A stretch of 62,541 bases of DNA, filler included, from Polymyxa betae A26-41 (lineage: Eukaryota > Protista > Endomyxa: Phytomyxea): NCBI GenBank assembly GCA_003693705.1. It is 5 parts of 5 records of this genome, joined end to end, with 100 filler letters (N's around TTAATTAATTAA, not from the genome) between each part and the next. Parts side by side here need not be neighbours in the genome. Positions count along the whole stretch, not along the records: positions 1 to 31,154 come from RBZT01000410.1; positions 31,255 to 44,966 come from RBZT01000687.1; 3 more parts are not named here. One strand, given 5' to 3'. Made by a program: the position numbers and the translations under genes. This document shows positions 27,030-39,707 of this stretch, piece after piece. The notes beneath the pieces are model-generated. The model saw only the letters and a list, made by a program, of their open reading frames with translations, had not been told where the DNA came from and searched no databases. Positions within the stretch are counted from its first letter, which is position 1. Each line of letters starts with the position of its first letter.

Positions 27030-27662
27030 TCATCTTTTGTCGAAAATAGGCGAATCGCATTCTGTTCTTCGAATGCTTCCGACTGGCGACGAATGGCGCT
27101 GCTTGATCCATCGCAGCTGTCTGCTCCTGTAGAGCATTGTTCCATTCCGCTCATTGCTCGCGTGAAGCAAGTTCGACGTATTCATGTCGTTGTCTGCTTC
27201 CTCGAGGCGTTGCCGCTTGGGACGCTTTGCACCAATTGGACGATTTTCTGCTAACATTATGGCAGGATCTATGATCGAGTCACTACTCGATTCAGTTGCA
27301 ACATCAGGTGCAGGGAATTTTGGGAATTCGCGCAGGATTTGCCAACAATCTGAATACCTGAAATCGGAACCGTCGTTCTGAGCCTGGTATAGTTCCAGAG
27401 CCTTCGTCAGCAAATCATCTGCTGAATATCCGCTTGGTTTCTTGGCTACGATCTGTGCATAGCATCCGATGAATTTGTGGACACATGAAGAGACTCTCGT
27501 CCAAGCCTTTCTGCAGGACAATCCATTACGTTCGTGTATCTTTTCAGCAACTGCCTGCCAGAAATGGTCTGCTTTCTGGTCGTTTCCTTTTATAGGATCT
27601 TCAGAAACAGCTATCCATCGTGGTACGAGAATTATACAGGTTGGATGAGAAACGGTCGTCAC
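27030..27662 (-). CDS. Harbinger partner Myb-like/NAM-associated DNA-binding protein (remnant)
   Basis: W..VSEDPIKGNDQK...FW, KFIGCY, SG, CWQIL...PKF, RPIGAK; convergent with the transposase. Confidence 0.85.
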   Translation of the reverse strand: MTTVSHPTCIILVPRWIAVSEDPIKGNDQKADHFWQAVAEKIHERNGLSCRKAWTRVSSCVHKFIGCYAQIVAKKPSGYSADDLLTKALELYQAQNDGSDFRYSDCWQILREFPKFPAPDVATESSSDSIIDPAIMLAENRPIGAKRPKRQRLEEADNDMNTSNLLHASNERNGTMLYRSRQLRWIKQRHSSPVGSIRRTECDSPIFDKR

Positions 27663-27799
27663 AACTCAGAGCTCATTACACTTGATAAGAGCATGGGATA
27701 ATCAGAAGCTTTCCTTTGTGTATATATTGTTTGGGGATTTTTTTTTGTTCACGAAACTTCGGGCAATCCGCTCAGCCGGCATAATAGCAGAAGTTGTTT

Positions 27800-28960
27800 T
27801 GCTGGCGTCAGCGCCGTTCGTCTTCAGTGATTGCTCGTGAAGTGTTTCGTCCATTTATGTTGCCAGTACTGCAATCACCTTTTCTGCAATTATAGCTTCT
27901 AAATCCATCGGTGGGTTGCATGGGATGAGCATGCCGCTTTCTCTTGATATCTCCTGCCCAGTCTACATGCAGCGGTATTGGCCTTGTCAATTAAATCTTT
28001 CAGTGAAATCGAATCGTCAATATTGATCAAAACATCTTTGATTTCTTCATTCAAGCCTTGGTGGAAACGTTGCTGGGCTGGAGCACCATCCTTACACCCG
28101 GCATCAGCAATCAACAGCTGGGACTCAGATGCGAACGCTGCATTCGTCCGTTGGCCTTGTTTCAGAGTTAGTAATCTTTCTGCAGCCTTGCGAACGAGTT
28201 GCGGATCTTCAAACAGTGCTCGGAAGAGATGTAGAAATTGTTCGAGGTTCAAGAGCACAGGATCGTTTGCTAGAAATGATACGAGAACCAATCCAAAGCA
28301 GGTTCTGTCAGAAGGGTCCCCACCAGGACAACTTTGCTTGTATCAGTACTGTATGTCAAGGACTTTCCCATTATAATCAAGTCAATTTGGTTAACGAAGT
28401 TTCGCAAATTTTTTGAAGATCCATCAAAAGAGTCAGGTAACTTCAATTTCAGCTCCCGACCATTATGAAAACTTGGAGTAACATTGGATTGAACATTGGT
28501 ATTGTTCTGTTGGGGCGGTTGACTCATGGATGAACATTGGGTTTTTGCGGTTGATCTGTAGGTGTAGCCGGTTGTGCTGGTAGAAGCTGCTGTAACTGCT
28601 GTTGAATTCGCAACAGATCCTCAGCCTGGCGTTGGACTTGAGCGCTTAGTTCGGTATTGTACTCTCAAGACCCTAAATGGTCTGCAAGGCGTCATTCCGT
28701 CGAGCTTGGATATGTACGAGCTGCTGCTCCAGAGTCATAGGATGCGATTCTTCGGTCATGGTGTCAGCCTGTGAGGCCTGGGCCGATAATCAATCAGAAC
28801 TTGGGCAAAACAGAGGGTCGGAGACCAACAAGAAAATAGTCAGATTTTATTCTCTACATCATTGCGTGACGAACTTGGGAAAGAATACACTATAGGTTGT
28901 CATCCTCTAATTATTAGAAACAATATGAGCATTGGTCCGCACCTTACGAACAATCTATAG
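27800..28960 (-). mobile_element. Truncated Ty3/Gypsy element: LTR (from 28762) + Ty3-type gag
   Basis: LKLPDSFDGS, ALDW, LKQG, FHQGLNEEIKD; LTR boundary TGTCAG at 28762. Confidence 0.8.
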
Positions 28961-29013
28961 CCGTTTTATTGACCCTGCGCTGAATGTCGCTGAACATTTG
29001 GATTACTCATTTT

Positions 29014-29610
29014 GATTGCGTTTGGCAACAAATGAGTACAAAACTGTAGTTTTCTTAAAATTACCGTTTTCTGCGGGACCACCACAGTTTTAGTTTTTGT
29101 ACAGTTTTGTTGCCAGACGCACTTCAAAAACTACAGTTTTGCTGCCAAATAAAATAGTAGCCACTTTGAGAAAAGCAACCATCCGCTATATTCTTGACCC
29201 ATCGGTGCTCAAACAGAGCCATGGCTTGCCGACGATATGTAGAAAATGTCCATTCGCACTAAGGTATCGATTTGGCCTGGACTTTGGAGGTGCGACATGG
29301 CTCTTTCAGCAGATACACGGTGACGTACCAGGCTGTTACGAAGACGGTAATCAGCTCTACGAGATCCCTAACAGCATCTATGTGAGAAAACGTTGAAATT
29401 TTACTCGCAATTTCGAGTTTAGTTTCAAAACTGAACCAAACGGAGCTCTGAGCTCCGTTTCAAAACTACAGTTTTGGTGCAGTTTTTAAAACTCAAACTG
29501 AGCCTCAGTTTTCGTTGCCAAACGCGCATTTTTTGCAAAACTGCCGAAAACTACCGTTTCGGAACAAAACTGAGGGAAACTGTAGTTTTGCGTGGTTGCC
29601 AAACGCACTC
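29014..29610. mobile_element. Harbinger/Tourist-like MITE
   Basis: TIRs GATTGCGTTTGGCAAC / GTTGCCAAACGCACTC; TTA on the right flank; repeated subterminal AAACT(A/G)(C/T)AGTTTT motifs. Confidence 0.8.
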
Positions 29611-29736
29611 TTACTCTCAGGCTACTTTTGGTTGAGATTGAGGAACCATGGATCAAGCGCAAACTCCGGGGCGCAGATTTTATTTGGACTCACCTCTGCC
29701 ACAACTGAGATGGCGGAAATTCATACAGGTTGGTAG

Positions 29737-31154
29737 GTGTTATGGTGGGCGGATCTCAATCGCACCATGAGTGTCTTTCCACTGTTGGCACAATGTCAGC
29801 GCGAGCCACGGCTGACTGGGCCTCTGCTTGTGCACCATGTGTCAAGGGCGTAACAGGTTCGGACTAGGAACAGGGTCAAGACAAACTAGATCGATGTGTA
29901 TTCAATAAAGATGTTATCGGAATGAGGTATTTGGACCGACGCTGAGCCCTTCTATACTATCTTGGAACATTCCTATCTCTACGGCCGTCAAGTGCGTGGC
30001 GGAGTTGGAAAGTTCGGGGACGTTCAAGGGCTGCGCCGATGGGTTGGAATCTTCTATGTCAGGGCCTGTCCCTGCCAGAGTCCCAGGTAACGTAACTGCA
30101 GTCGCAACCAGCTCTACGTATTGCGAAGCCTATACTGTAGTAGAACATTCCGAAGAACCCTCGAGCTTTCGCCAGTCCACTCCCAGCGACCAGCAACTTG
30201 GAAGATTCCTAGAACGTTCGTAGAAACTATTTAACTCCTGAATATAGCCTAGCATAGGTCATTCCGATTAACGCCTTTCGATAATAAAATCAAACCTTGA
30301 TCTCAGTCTCTATTCTCGCCTTCGACTTGGACACCAGCCGTATCGTACTGGACCGGACCCTAACATTCTACATGAGGCTTGTCGCTTAACACTAACACGG
30401 CATTCGCTGTACATACCGGGTTGCGCCTGGATAGTCTTGCACAGTCGGGGATGCAGTCCCTGACACCATGTACATGCGAGCGTTCGCGAAGAATAAACGA
30501 GTGCCATGCTCTCCTCTTGTATGTTCTACTGTGACGCGAAGTATTTATTTTTACTTTTAATTGTTTATTTTGCTACTGATATATGAGGTTCTGTCTCTTT
30601 CATCTCTGTTTTATAATTGGTCTTCCGACCCCCTGGTCGTCTTATCTACATTGTGCAATCTGATCAATTGCTAAATCATGTCTCTGCCGTGGCCCTCCCA
30701 CAACCGGCACCACATGATCGTTCGACCTTGCTAAGCCCTACCTGTTCGGTATGCTCAGGAGTGAGTACGCGCAAGGCGCCCTCAAACAGCCGACAGGCAA
30801 AGTTATCAAGTCGCGGCTGCCAATGTTATCTAAAGTTATGGCCAGAGATGTTCTGGAAAGGATGTAAGTGCTGTTGGCACTTGTTTCTGTAAAGTGTATC
30901 AACTTATATTTTCTCTTAATGAAGCAATAAATACTGCGTCACAGCGCACTATTTAAACCACATTGCGATATTACGCCAATGGTAACATAAGGGTTTCAAG
31001 TCAAGACCGCCGGAAACTGAAGGCCCCCAAGCCCTGAATCACGTTCCGTCGGAATTGCGTCACGGACATGCATCACTGACCGCGGAACTACCCTGGAAGG
31101 ATTATAGTTTGATTGAAACAGCATTACGATTTTACAGCACTAACTCCAACGACT
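29737..31154 (+). mobile_element. Probable 5' LTR (to ~30714) + leader/gag start of a Ty3-type element, cut by a gap
   Basis: TG start; block ttggtcttccgacccc resembles the reverse complement of the 28762 LTR; KLKAPKP gag-like remnant. Confidence 0.5.
29840..30465. mobile_element. Solo LTR (626 bp) with 5-bp TSD CCATG
   Basis: TGTCAAGGG...CCCTGACA with CCATG on both sides. Confidence 0.9.
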
Positions 31155-31254
31155 NNNNNNNNNNNNNNNNNNNNNNNNNNNNNNNNNNNNNNNNNNNNTT
31201 AATTAATTAANNNNNNNNNNNNNNNNNNNNNNNNNNNNNNNNNNNNNNNNNNNN
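31155..31254. other. Assembly gap with TTAATTAATTAA spacer (also near 45011, 48325, 59190)
   Basis: The same all-frame-stop 12-mer sits centred in several N runs. Confidence 0.95.
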
Positions 31255-33396
31255 TAACTGTTATGTTTCATGTTATGTTACATGAAGTCATGGAACGTCC
31301 CATAACGAGAATTTGCATTCCTTTTTTATATAAGGAGCATTAATGCCGTGGCAATAAAGAGATTACTTTTTCCATATTATTTCTTATTTTGGTTGAATCT
31401 CCGATTCAAGCCACAGAAATTTGATCCCCATGTGTCTGTTTTATTTCTTTCGTGAGTAAATTTTCAACAGAGAAAGCATAGCCCTTATGAGTGGCAATGA
31501 TTCTAAATGGACAATGCCATAATAATGATAATTTCTTAATTGCTTCCTCTCAGGAACCGCAACCAACTCATAATCACCGATTCCAAAGTTAGGAAAGAAT
31601 CGATTGCGAGATGAATTTTCTCTATGTCGCAACCTTTCCATTTCCGTGATATGATAAATATCTTTATGCATATTAGTTAGGCTTTCAATCAATTTATATT
31701 AGGCGTCGTTTGGCAGAATCCACAGGAATTCCGTAGGGCTTACGGAATTCCTGTTGTTGCATTTTGTATCCATGGAACGGAAAAAGTTTCCGTTCCTATT
31801 TTCCGGATTGCGTTGGCGCGCTGTTTGCATACAATTCCTGCCACCGACACTGCACTGCTCAATAGCGTCTTTTTCGAACGCTCTCATACTGCACCGCTTA
31901 CTTGCTCTGAATAGGAAGCGCCGGGCTATATCTACAGTAGCGCCATGGTATTATACTAATTACTTGATAAAGCGCCGAGGCATACTTCGATTTTAACCGG
32001 GCGTCTTTGGATGGAAGAAGTTCTCAACGGGCATCCCACCACTATGCACGATACGTTTAGGATGTCAGCCGAAGTGCTTCGAACACTTTCTGTTGAAATG
32101 CAGTCGTTTGGTCTAGAAGCATCCCGAGGGGTGGAGTGCGATGAAATGCTTGGAATGGTTCTTTGGTTTGCCTCACAGAAAGGTACCGAAATGTAATGGT
32201 AAAATTGCGAATTTTTACTTGGAATTAGGCGTCTCGAATAGAGGCATGCAAATTCGATTTCAACACTCGGGAAAAACAATTCCTAGGAATATTTGTTTTT
32301 GATCATTTACCCTTCAAAATAGTCATTTGCATGCTGCTGTTTCGTGCTTGAAATCAATGGCCACAAAGTGGATTAATATTCCTCATCCAGAAGCACCTAC
32401 TCATCAAAAATGACACAGAACAGAAAATTCCACCCCTTCTTTAAATTTTGTCGCATGGCTGTTGATGGCACACACTTACCTGTGTCTGTGGGACCTGCTG
32501 ATGCCGATCGTTTTTGAGGGCGAAAAGGACTCACCCAGAACGTTCTGGCAGCGTGTTCATTCGACCTGACGTTCACCTATGTATTAGCTGGTTGGGAAGG
32601 GGCGGCTGCCGATGGCAGAATATTTGGAGATGCTCTAAAAAAAGGGTACAGTATCCACCCAGGCCGATATGATTTAGCAGATGCTGGGTTTGCCTTGACT
32701 CCCTATATGATTACTCCTTATCGGCAAACGAGATATCATTTGAAGGAATACCTGCAGGGCAGCCAGAGGTAAGAATTACATGCCTTATCCAGCTAAGCAT
32801 TCAATTGCGTCATTCGGCCACAGAATTACAACGAGCTTTTCAATTTACGGCACGCTTCGCTGAGGAACGTTATCGAAGTTTTTTTGGGTTTTATAGATAA
32901 GATTTCCTGTTCTAACCTGCCCTGTTCGATACAGTATTGAATTTCAAGCTGACCTGGTTATAGCACTCTGCGTTGTGCACAATTTTATTTCCATGAATGG
33001 GGGTGCTAATGACCCCATTGAACAGCAAGCAAATCATATTCTTGACAAAGAATATGTCAATGACGAATTTGATCCGGCTCCAGCTCCAGATTTGCCATCG
33101 TCCAAAGAGGGCGCTAAGATTCGCGAATCCAATGCTGTTGAGATGTGGAACGATTATCAAATCTACCTCAGCAAGATAAGAGACCAGTGTAAAGGGGCGG
33201 GTACTCCATTGACTCCAGCCTGGACAGTAACGTTGTCCGATGTGATTCTTGCAGATGCAGCTCGTCGTGTAACACGTCTGTTACTCAAGATGAAGCTCTC
33301 TACGTTTTAAGGTAGTCGTCAGTAATGTAGTAATTTCAGAATGATAAGATTTTTATTTCCTATCTAAATTTGTTGTGATAAAACATGAATCACCTA

Positions 33397-33664
33397 GTGT
33401 CGTTTGTCTCCTACGTGAACAAAGGCTTTACAATTGAGAGCACAATTGAATTACGATTTAGTAGAATTAGATTCCAGACCCCAAGGTCTCGTCCAGGCCG
33501 GCCAGGGTAGTTCTGGGCTTCCGGAGGCCGGACGGTGACTCACGCAGTTTCCGCCGCCATTGGGCCTCCACTGGCGATTTGGCCCTTTCGGGTCTCCCCC
33601 TGTCNNNNNNNNNNNNNNNNNNNNNNNNNNNNNNNNNNNNNNNNNGTGAGACAGCCTCACTACA
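33397..33664. mobile_element. LTR-like insertion inside the Copia 3' LTR (contains an assembly gap)
   Basis: Absent from the sister LTR; flanked by a CACCTA duplication. Confidence 0.8.
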
Positions 33665-36110
33665 CACCTATGATGATTCAATCAATGATTTATCGCCGAA
33701 GCGGATGATGAAGCATCCTTAACACTCCCACTCGGAATCATATCGCGAAGGCGCGTAAAAACTGTTGCGCCCAAAGGTTTCGTCAGAATATCTGCTAACA
33801 TTTTCTCTGTCGCGCAGTACTCGATCTTAATATTACCGTGTCGAATGTCGATATGTTTAGCACGTTTCGAAGTCATCACGTTATCTGCCAGAGAAATAGT
33901 TCCCTGGTTATCTTGGTGTATGATAGTGGAGCTTGCAGGTGCGCAGCCCAACATAGTCAGAAAAGTGCGCTGCCATACAACTTCTTGGGTGGCCGCCGCC
34001 AAGGCCATATATTCGGTCTCCATAGTGGATAGAGCCACTGTCTGTTGTCGACTAGTCTTCCAGGCGATCGGGCCGCAGAACAGGCAGATGAAGCCGCTCG
34101 TTGATCGTCTGTCGTCGAGGTCATCCCCCCAGTCCGCGTCCGCGTAGCAGGTCAAAAGTCGTCGTCGTAGCGCCGCCAAGTGTCAGGCCAAAGTCGTTCG
34201 TGCCTCGAAGGTATCGGAAGATCCTTTTCACCGCGATTACGTGTGCTGATGATGGTCTTTGGCAGAATCGTGCCACGTTGGATACAGCCGCCATGATGTT
34301 CCGGCCTTGTCATCATCGCCGCGTACATTAACGCTCCCACTGCTTGTCGAAACGGGTACGGTGGTTCTTCTTCGTTTTCAGTCGATTTTTGTAGAGTTTT
34401 GCCAATCTCCATTGGTGTTGAAACTGGCTTACTTTCTTGCGTTGTTCGATTGTCGCGCTCCGCAATCCCATTCTGATGCTGTCGATACGGTGTTGAAAGT
34501 TCGTGGTGAATTCCGTTGTCGATCATGTACATCTTGAAATTCTCGCTGCAATATTCTTTCGCGTTATCGGTTCTGAGTGCTCGGATTTTCTTGTTTCCTT
34601 TAGTTTTAAATTCAATCATCGCTTTAAACTCTTTAAATCTGTCCAATGCATCATCTCTTGTCTTCATAGGCAATATCGTCGCCCATCGTGACCGTTCATC
34701 AATGAAAAAAATGAAGTATTTGTTGCCCGTTGCGGACGTAGAGAATGGTCCGCAGATATCAGAGTGAATTCGTTCAAGCACATCATCTGCTGGAGTGGTT
34801 GCGGTTTTCGGAGCTGGTTTTGCGGTGTTTTTCTGCATCATACATGCCCGACATGGTTCACAGGTCGGTTTATCTTGTCTAAGTCCGTCGATCAGTGTTT
34901 CACTTTGCATTCGTTTCAGGTCTCGATAATTCTGATGTCCTAGTCGATAGTGCCAGTTAATTTTGTCCATTGCGGCTAAAGCCTGCTGGTTGTCGATCGT
35001 TTCGAACAAATAATGTCGTCCGTTGAGTGTTCCAGCAAATACTTCACGTCCCGCTGCAGAAATGGAGCAACTGTGCCTAGATAATATCACATCGTCAGTA
35101 AAAGTTTCACATGCCTGTCCAACTGAAAATAATCCGTGTCTAAATCCAGGAACATATAAGACGTTGTTGATCGCAACGCTGGTGTCGCCTGATCCCCGTA
35201 AGCGAACGGATCCCGCCATAGTTGCTTTAATTGTCCGTCCGTCCGCAAGAACTACCGCTGTAGGCTCGATCCGCTCGATGTTCACCAGAGAATGTCGATC
35301 TCCTGTCATGTGTGACGTCGCTCCAGAATCACAGATCATAAATCCGTCCATCATCGTTTACAGTACCAACGAAAAATCCGGATTCTTCAGTCATGTTGGC
35401 CTCCTGTTTTTCTTTGATGTTCTGCGTTTTGGACTTTTTATCGTTTTTGTCTTCGTCGTTTTTGTTGCTGTCCTTGTCCTTTTTCGTTCGTTTCGGTTTG
35501 CGGCAGTCGCGTGAGAGGTGACCGATTATGTTACAGTTGAAGCATTTTCTCGTCTCTTTTGGTCGTTGTGTTGCCGAAAATCCAGCTTCTCGTTTGTCCG
35601 ATCCTCTTGTTAACTCTTGTTCACGAAGTAACAGCGATGCGCTAATTTCGTCAAAACTGGGCGGTAACGTTCGCCCAGCAGTAAGCGCAGCAATTGTATG
35701 CTCATATCGCTTATCTTCACGCTGATCCATATTGCTGTTGCCAACTCCGAGTCGTCAACGTCTCGTCCAGCTAACCGTATTCGTAAGGAGAGCTCTTTCA
35801 TGTCCGTGAGGTGCTCTTTTATACCATCTTTCGCATTAAATGTCTTGTTAATCAAGTCCTGCTTCATATATTGCACGTGTGAGAATGTTCGGGCTCGGTG
35901 TGAACGCTCTAGTGCATTCCNNCAGTTATAACTTGATCCGCCTCGATGTTGTTGACAATTTCCGCAAAGCAGGCATCATTTTCATGTGGAATTTGAGACG
36001 GCCTTGTCTCGACGATGTGCCACAGCCGTATGGATTTCAGGCGAACCTTCATTTGGAACGCCCACATCGTATAATTCTCGTCGTTCAACTTGGCACCCTT
36101 GAATGATATT

Positions 36111-36619
36111 GTGATTATCGGTAAAATTTATTACGATTGTGTGTTTAAGGCGGAGGCCAAATTCGCCATCGGGAGGGAGGGATTAAGAGTCCTGTCCCCT
36201 CAATTCGCCATAGATCTAGCTTCTGGACCTCCTTTAGATTCGCGAGTTTGGTATTTCGACTCCAAATCTATTTCAATGTCTTGGCTTGGGTAGGCAATGG
36301 GTGAATCGATGTTGAAGTTATCGACTCGTTTGAAGAATGATTCAAGATAGGGGCGCCGAGGTCGGGTGATCACCCCAAGGCCCGAGGCTTGCGCCAACCT
36401 GCTGTGGTGTTAACACACTGGTGCTATTAGAAGGGTACAGTGTCTCCAGTCCTTGAACCACTGGGATCCCAGTTGGTTCTTGGGCTCCACAACCGCCACG
36501 CGGCAGCCGCACTTCTCTTGACTGTACCATCAGCACAGCTCACGCAACGCGGCATTTGGTTGTTGCCATTAAAACAAAAATTAAACAACCTGTGTGAAAC
36601 TCGTACCTAGAGCCTGACA
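36111..36619. mobile_element. Solo-LTR-like insertion in the Copia gag N-terminus
   Basis: Splits DEDVT|ISFKGAKLNDENY; ends ...TGACA; partial similarity to 48420-48780. Confidence 0.7.
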
Positions 36620-39397
36620 GTAACATCCTCATCTGGAATTTCTTGGTCTATGATGGAACCTTTGAATCTTCATCCTTTATCCCATAATTTCGATACTTGC
36701 TGATTTCGTTCCTTCATTGCCAGATCCCAATTAAGCTTTTTGCTTGGATTGCCTCTGGTTGCATAGTTGCTGGGCCCATAGCCTGTAAAGGGGCGGGTAC
36801 GCCTTTGACTCCAGCCTGGACAGTAACGTTGTCCGATGTGATTCTTGCAGATGCAATTCGTCGTGTAACACGTCTGTTACTCATAATGAAGCTCTCTACG
36901 TTTTATGGTAGTCGTAAGTAATGTTGTAATTTCAGAATAATAAGATTTTTATTTCCTATCTAAATTTGTTGTGATAAAACATGAATCACCTATGATGATT
37001 CAATCATTGATTTATCGCCGAAACGGATGCTGACGCATCCTTAACAACCAGCGACGCCTCAATCGCTGTGAATAAGAGCTTACAGTGTAATGAAACATGT
37101 TATTGATCTGGCAAAAGGCTCAGCAGCCATTGCAAACGGTGTTCTGCTTTCATCAAAACGAAAACTTTGGATTTTGTCAAATCTTTCAAGATTCTGATCG
37201 CTCCTATTAGGTTTTCTACTCCTAACAAGGATAGAAATTTCTGTTCCTGAAGAATCTCGAGAGCTTCCTGCAAGAAATCACGCTGTGCTGTGTTCTGCTG
37301 GGTCAAGTATTCTTTCAGAATATTCGTGTCGGCTTCACAAGCCGAATTCATGCGCTCGATTTGCAGGCACAAATTCTGGCCGACGTTGGACCGTGCCTGT
37401 CTCGAGCTGGAATGGGGAGTAGAGGCAGTCTTACGTTTCTTTGAAGGTGTGGTCAATGGGAAGATTGCCTTTGGAACAGGCCGATTTTCTTCAGAATTGC
37501 TACCTGAAGGAGAATAATTGTCGATTTGTGAATCGACATATTCTGCTGGATCAGATTTTTCATCAATTTGGGACTCCTGTGGAGGTTGCCCACTGTTATT
37601 AGGTCCCCACGTTCACCAACTTTAGATAGTGCAGTGCTGGAAACCGCTGCCGCTCCTGTTGCAGTTCGGTTTCTGTGTAAGCAGTCGAACTGTTCGAAAT
37701 GTTCGAATGGTTCTTTAAACCATCCACGCCTGGCGGTTGTATTTGATTTTTCATTGATTTGTATTGTTTTTAAGAGCTGTTTGTCAGCCTACCTTGAAAA
37801 ATCCAGCCCATGCTTCTTGATTTGGATTTTCTGGCGTATTAGTTTCATAGTTCCATCCCCATCCTGATTTCTTTTTGAGCAAAGCATACAAATATATTTC
37901 TCAGCTAATCAAATATGAATAAAATTCCAACTTTAGTAACGAGAATTATCGACATAACGGTTACGCTCCTTAAGCGTTTTAACATCGCGTATTATGCCAT
38001 TGGCCTCAAGCTTTGCAACGACAGTCTTCCAGGCCTCAGGCTTAAACCCATTCTGGGCCCGCTTGCCCAATACATCCGCTTGGTAAATAAGTTCGGTCAG
38101 CATGATGGTATCAGGATCACGCACATCTGGTTTAACTTCCATCGCAGAGCAATTCATGACACGTTCACCCACAAATGACTAGGCAACTGCAGCAAGGTAC
38201 TCTATTTCAATTCCGGTTTTCCTGAAAAAATCCCCGCAATTCCGGCGTTGGCGCAGGGATTCCTTTTCCGCAGGTATGGCATCCCAAACGTTGAGAACTG
38301 CGGAATCTCGGAAATTTCCGCCATTCCACAGTTTTTCTCGGAATCCCGGGGTTTTCCTGTGCTGCCAAACGACCCCTTAGTAGCCTGGGCTATGACGTTG
38401 GATTCTACTTCAATTGGACTAATAGTTCCAATTTCTGGATGAAAGAAGATCGAATCGAGTGGGTTGCCAGCTGGTAAACTGAAGCTCCTCGTTTTGACCA
38501 ATTTTTTGATCAATGCTCAATAAAATGATCAATTGCGTGGCGTACTATTGACGATTTATCGACCTCATTTTTGTTTAGTTTTTACTGGTTTTCATTATTC
38601 AGCCTGCTTAATCATCTGAATGACCTCTTCAGCGTAATGTTCGTCAGCCTTCATATAATGGGCACTTTCCATGGCCTGTAAATGCTGCCTATGAAGACTC
38701 AATATCTCGTCATATTTCCAAATTTTTCGCAGCTTACCAATCATAAAAGCCTAATTTTGAAACCAGGCGCCCCATTTTGGCAAGCACGCTACGCTATCGT
38801 AATCTTGCTCGATCGCCGAGAGCTCGTTGTCCATCTTTTGTATGACAATTTGCAATGTCGTTAAAGGCGCAAGTAAAGCTATCTTGCTAATTGCAGGGCT
38901 ACGATGGTCTTGCAGTCGTATTTTGGGCGGCATTCTGGAGATGTTAACCACTTCAGCATGCATGTACAGTGATGCTTTTTTCAATACAATCTGATCTGGA
39001 ATTCAAGTGATGTACTCCTCGACAAAGTTTGGAGATATTGAGAACGGGTTGCACGACTCCCACCAAGGTATTGTCGGGATAACCATTCCCCTCTCCGATA
39101 ACAGCCGATCTTTGATTATCTGATCTTCCATATTTAAATCTGACACTATGTTAAACAATATCTATTGGCATAGATGCGGTAGCGTACGATTGGTTTCATC
39201 AACTTCGCCACTGCTGGAGTTATTTGCTGGTGCCGGCGAATCGAGAACAATATACATCTCTGTGTAGAAGTTTACTGTCGTAATATCGGCTCTGAAACCA
39301 GATTTAAAGAATCAATTCAATTTATTTGATAATAAAGAATGGAGTTTCACTCTTTCACAATGCAACAATCTCCAAAAACAAGTCTTAAAGTACTCTA

Positions 39398-39707
39398 TGT
39401 TGAGACTAGAGAGGCAACAGCGATCAATGTCTGGACAAGCAGGCAGTTTAAGGAGTGATTGTATTGATGGCCCGGTGGGCTGTTATATAGTAAAATAAGA
39501 TTAACGCAGATTCATATATATGGAAACTCCGTGGCGGAGTTGTCTTACACCAGTGGGCAGCTGCCATAGTCGACTGGGTCTGTGTGTGCTATAGCAACTC
39601 CGGTTCGGAGCTTGAGAAGTCCTGTGGTTCGTGGCCATGCACGACTCGAGCCAAGTTACCCTGCGCCCACTTGAAGTGTTCACCTGCCTTGGCTTGATGT
39701 CTTGACA
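39398..39707 (-). mobile_element. Solo LTR
   Basis: TGTTGAGA...TCTTGACA; near-TSD CTCTA/ATCTA; related to 1-198. Confidence 0.85.

Larger units (their letters stand above)
33188..37046 (-). mobile_element. Ty1/Copia LTR retrotransposon, internally deleted
   Basis: LTRs 33188-33724 (interrupted) and 36784-37046; TSD ACCAG; PBS GGCTATGGGCCCAG; PPT GAGTGGGAG; gag CFNCNIIGHLSRDC; DSGATSHM; HSDICGP; RTDNAKEY; YADADW; KHIDIR; ADILTKPL. Confidence 0.97.
31702..38376 (+). mobile_element. PIF/Harbinger transposon (transposase +, Myb/SANT protein -), interrupted by Copia
   Basis: TIRs GGCGTCGTTTGGCAG / CTGCCAAACGACCCC (14/15), TSD TTA. Transposase ~31930-33180: FRMS, AVDGTH, QNVLAACSFD, GWEGAAAD, LADAG, RYHLKE, FNLRHASLRNVIE. 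Myb ORF 37100-38172: NGFKPEAW. Confidence 0.93.

Noticed and set aside
29040-29600. Spaced short repeats resembling a CRISPR array
   Set aside because: Irregular spacing, both orientations, bounded by TIRs, eukaryotic context, no cas genes.
31199-31210. TTAATTAATTAA palindromes recurring four times
   Set aside because: Always centred in N runs, so it is an artificial scaffold spacer.
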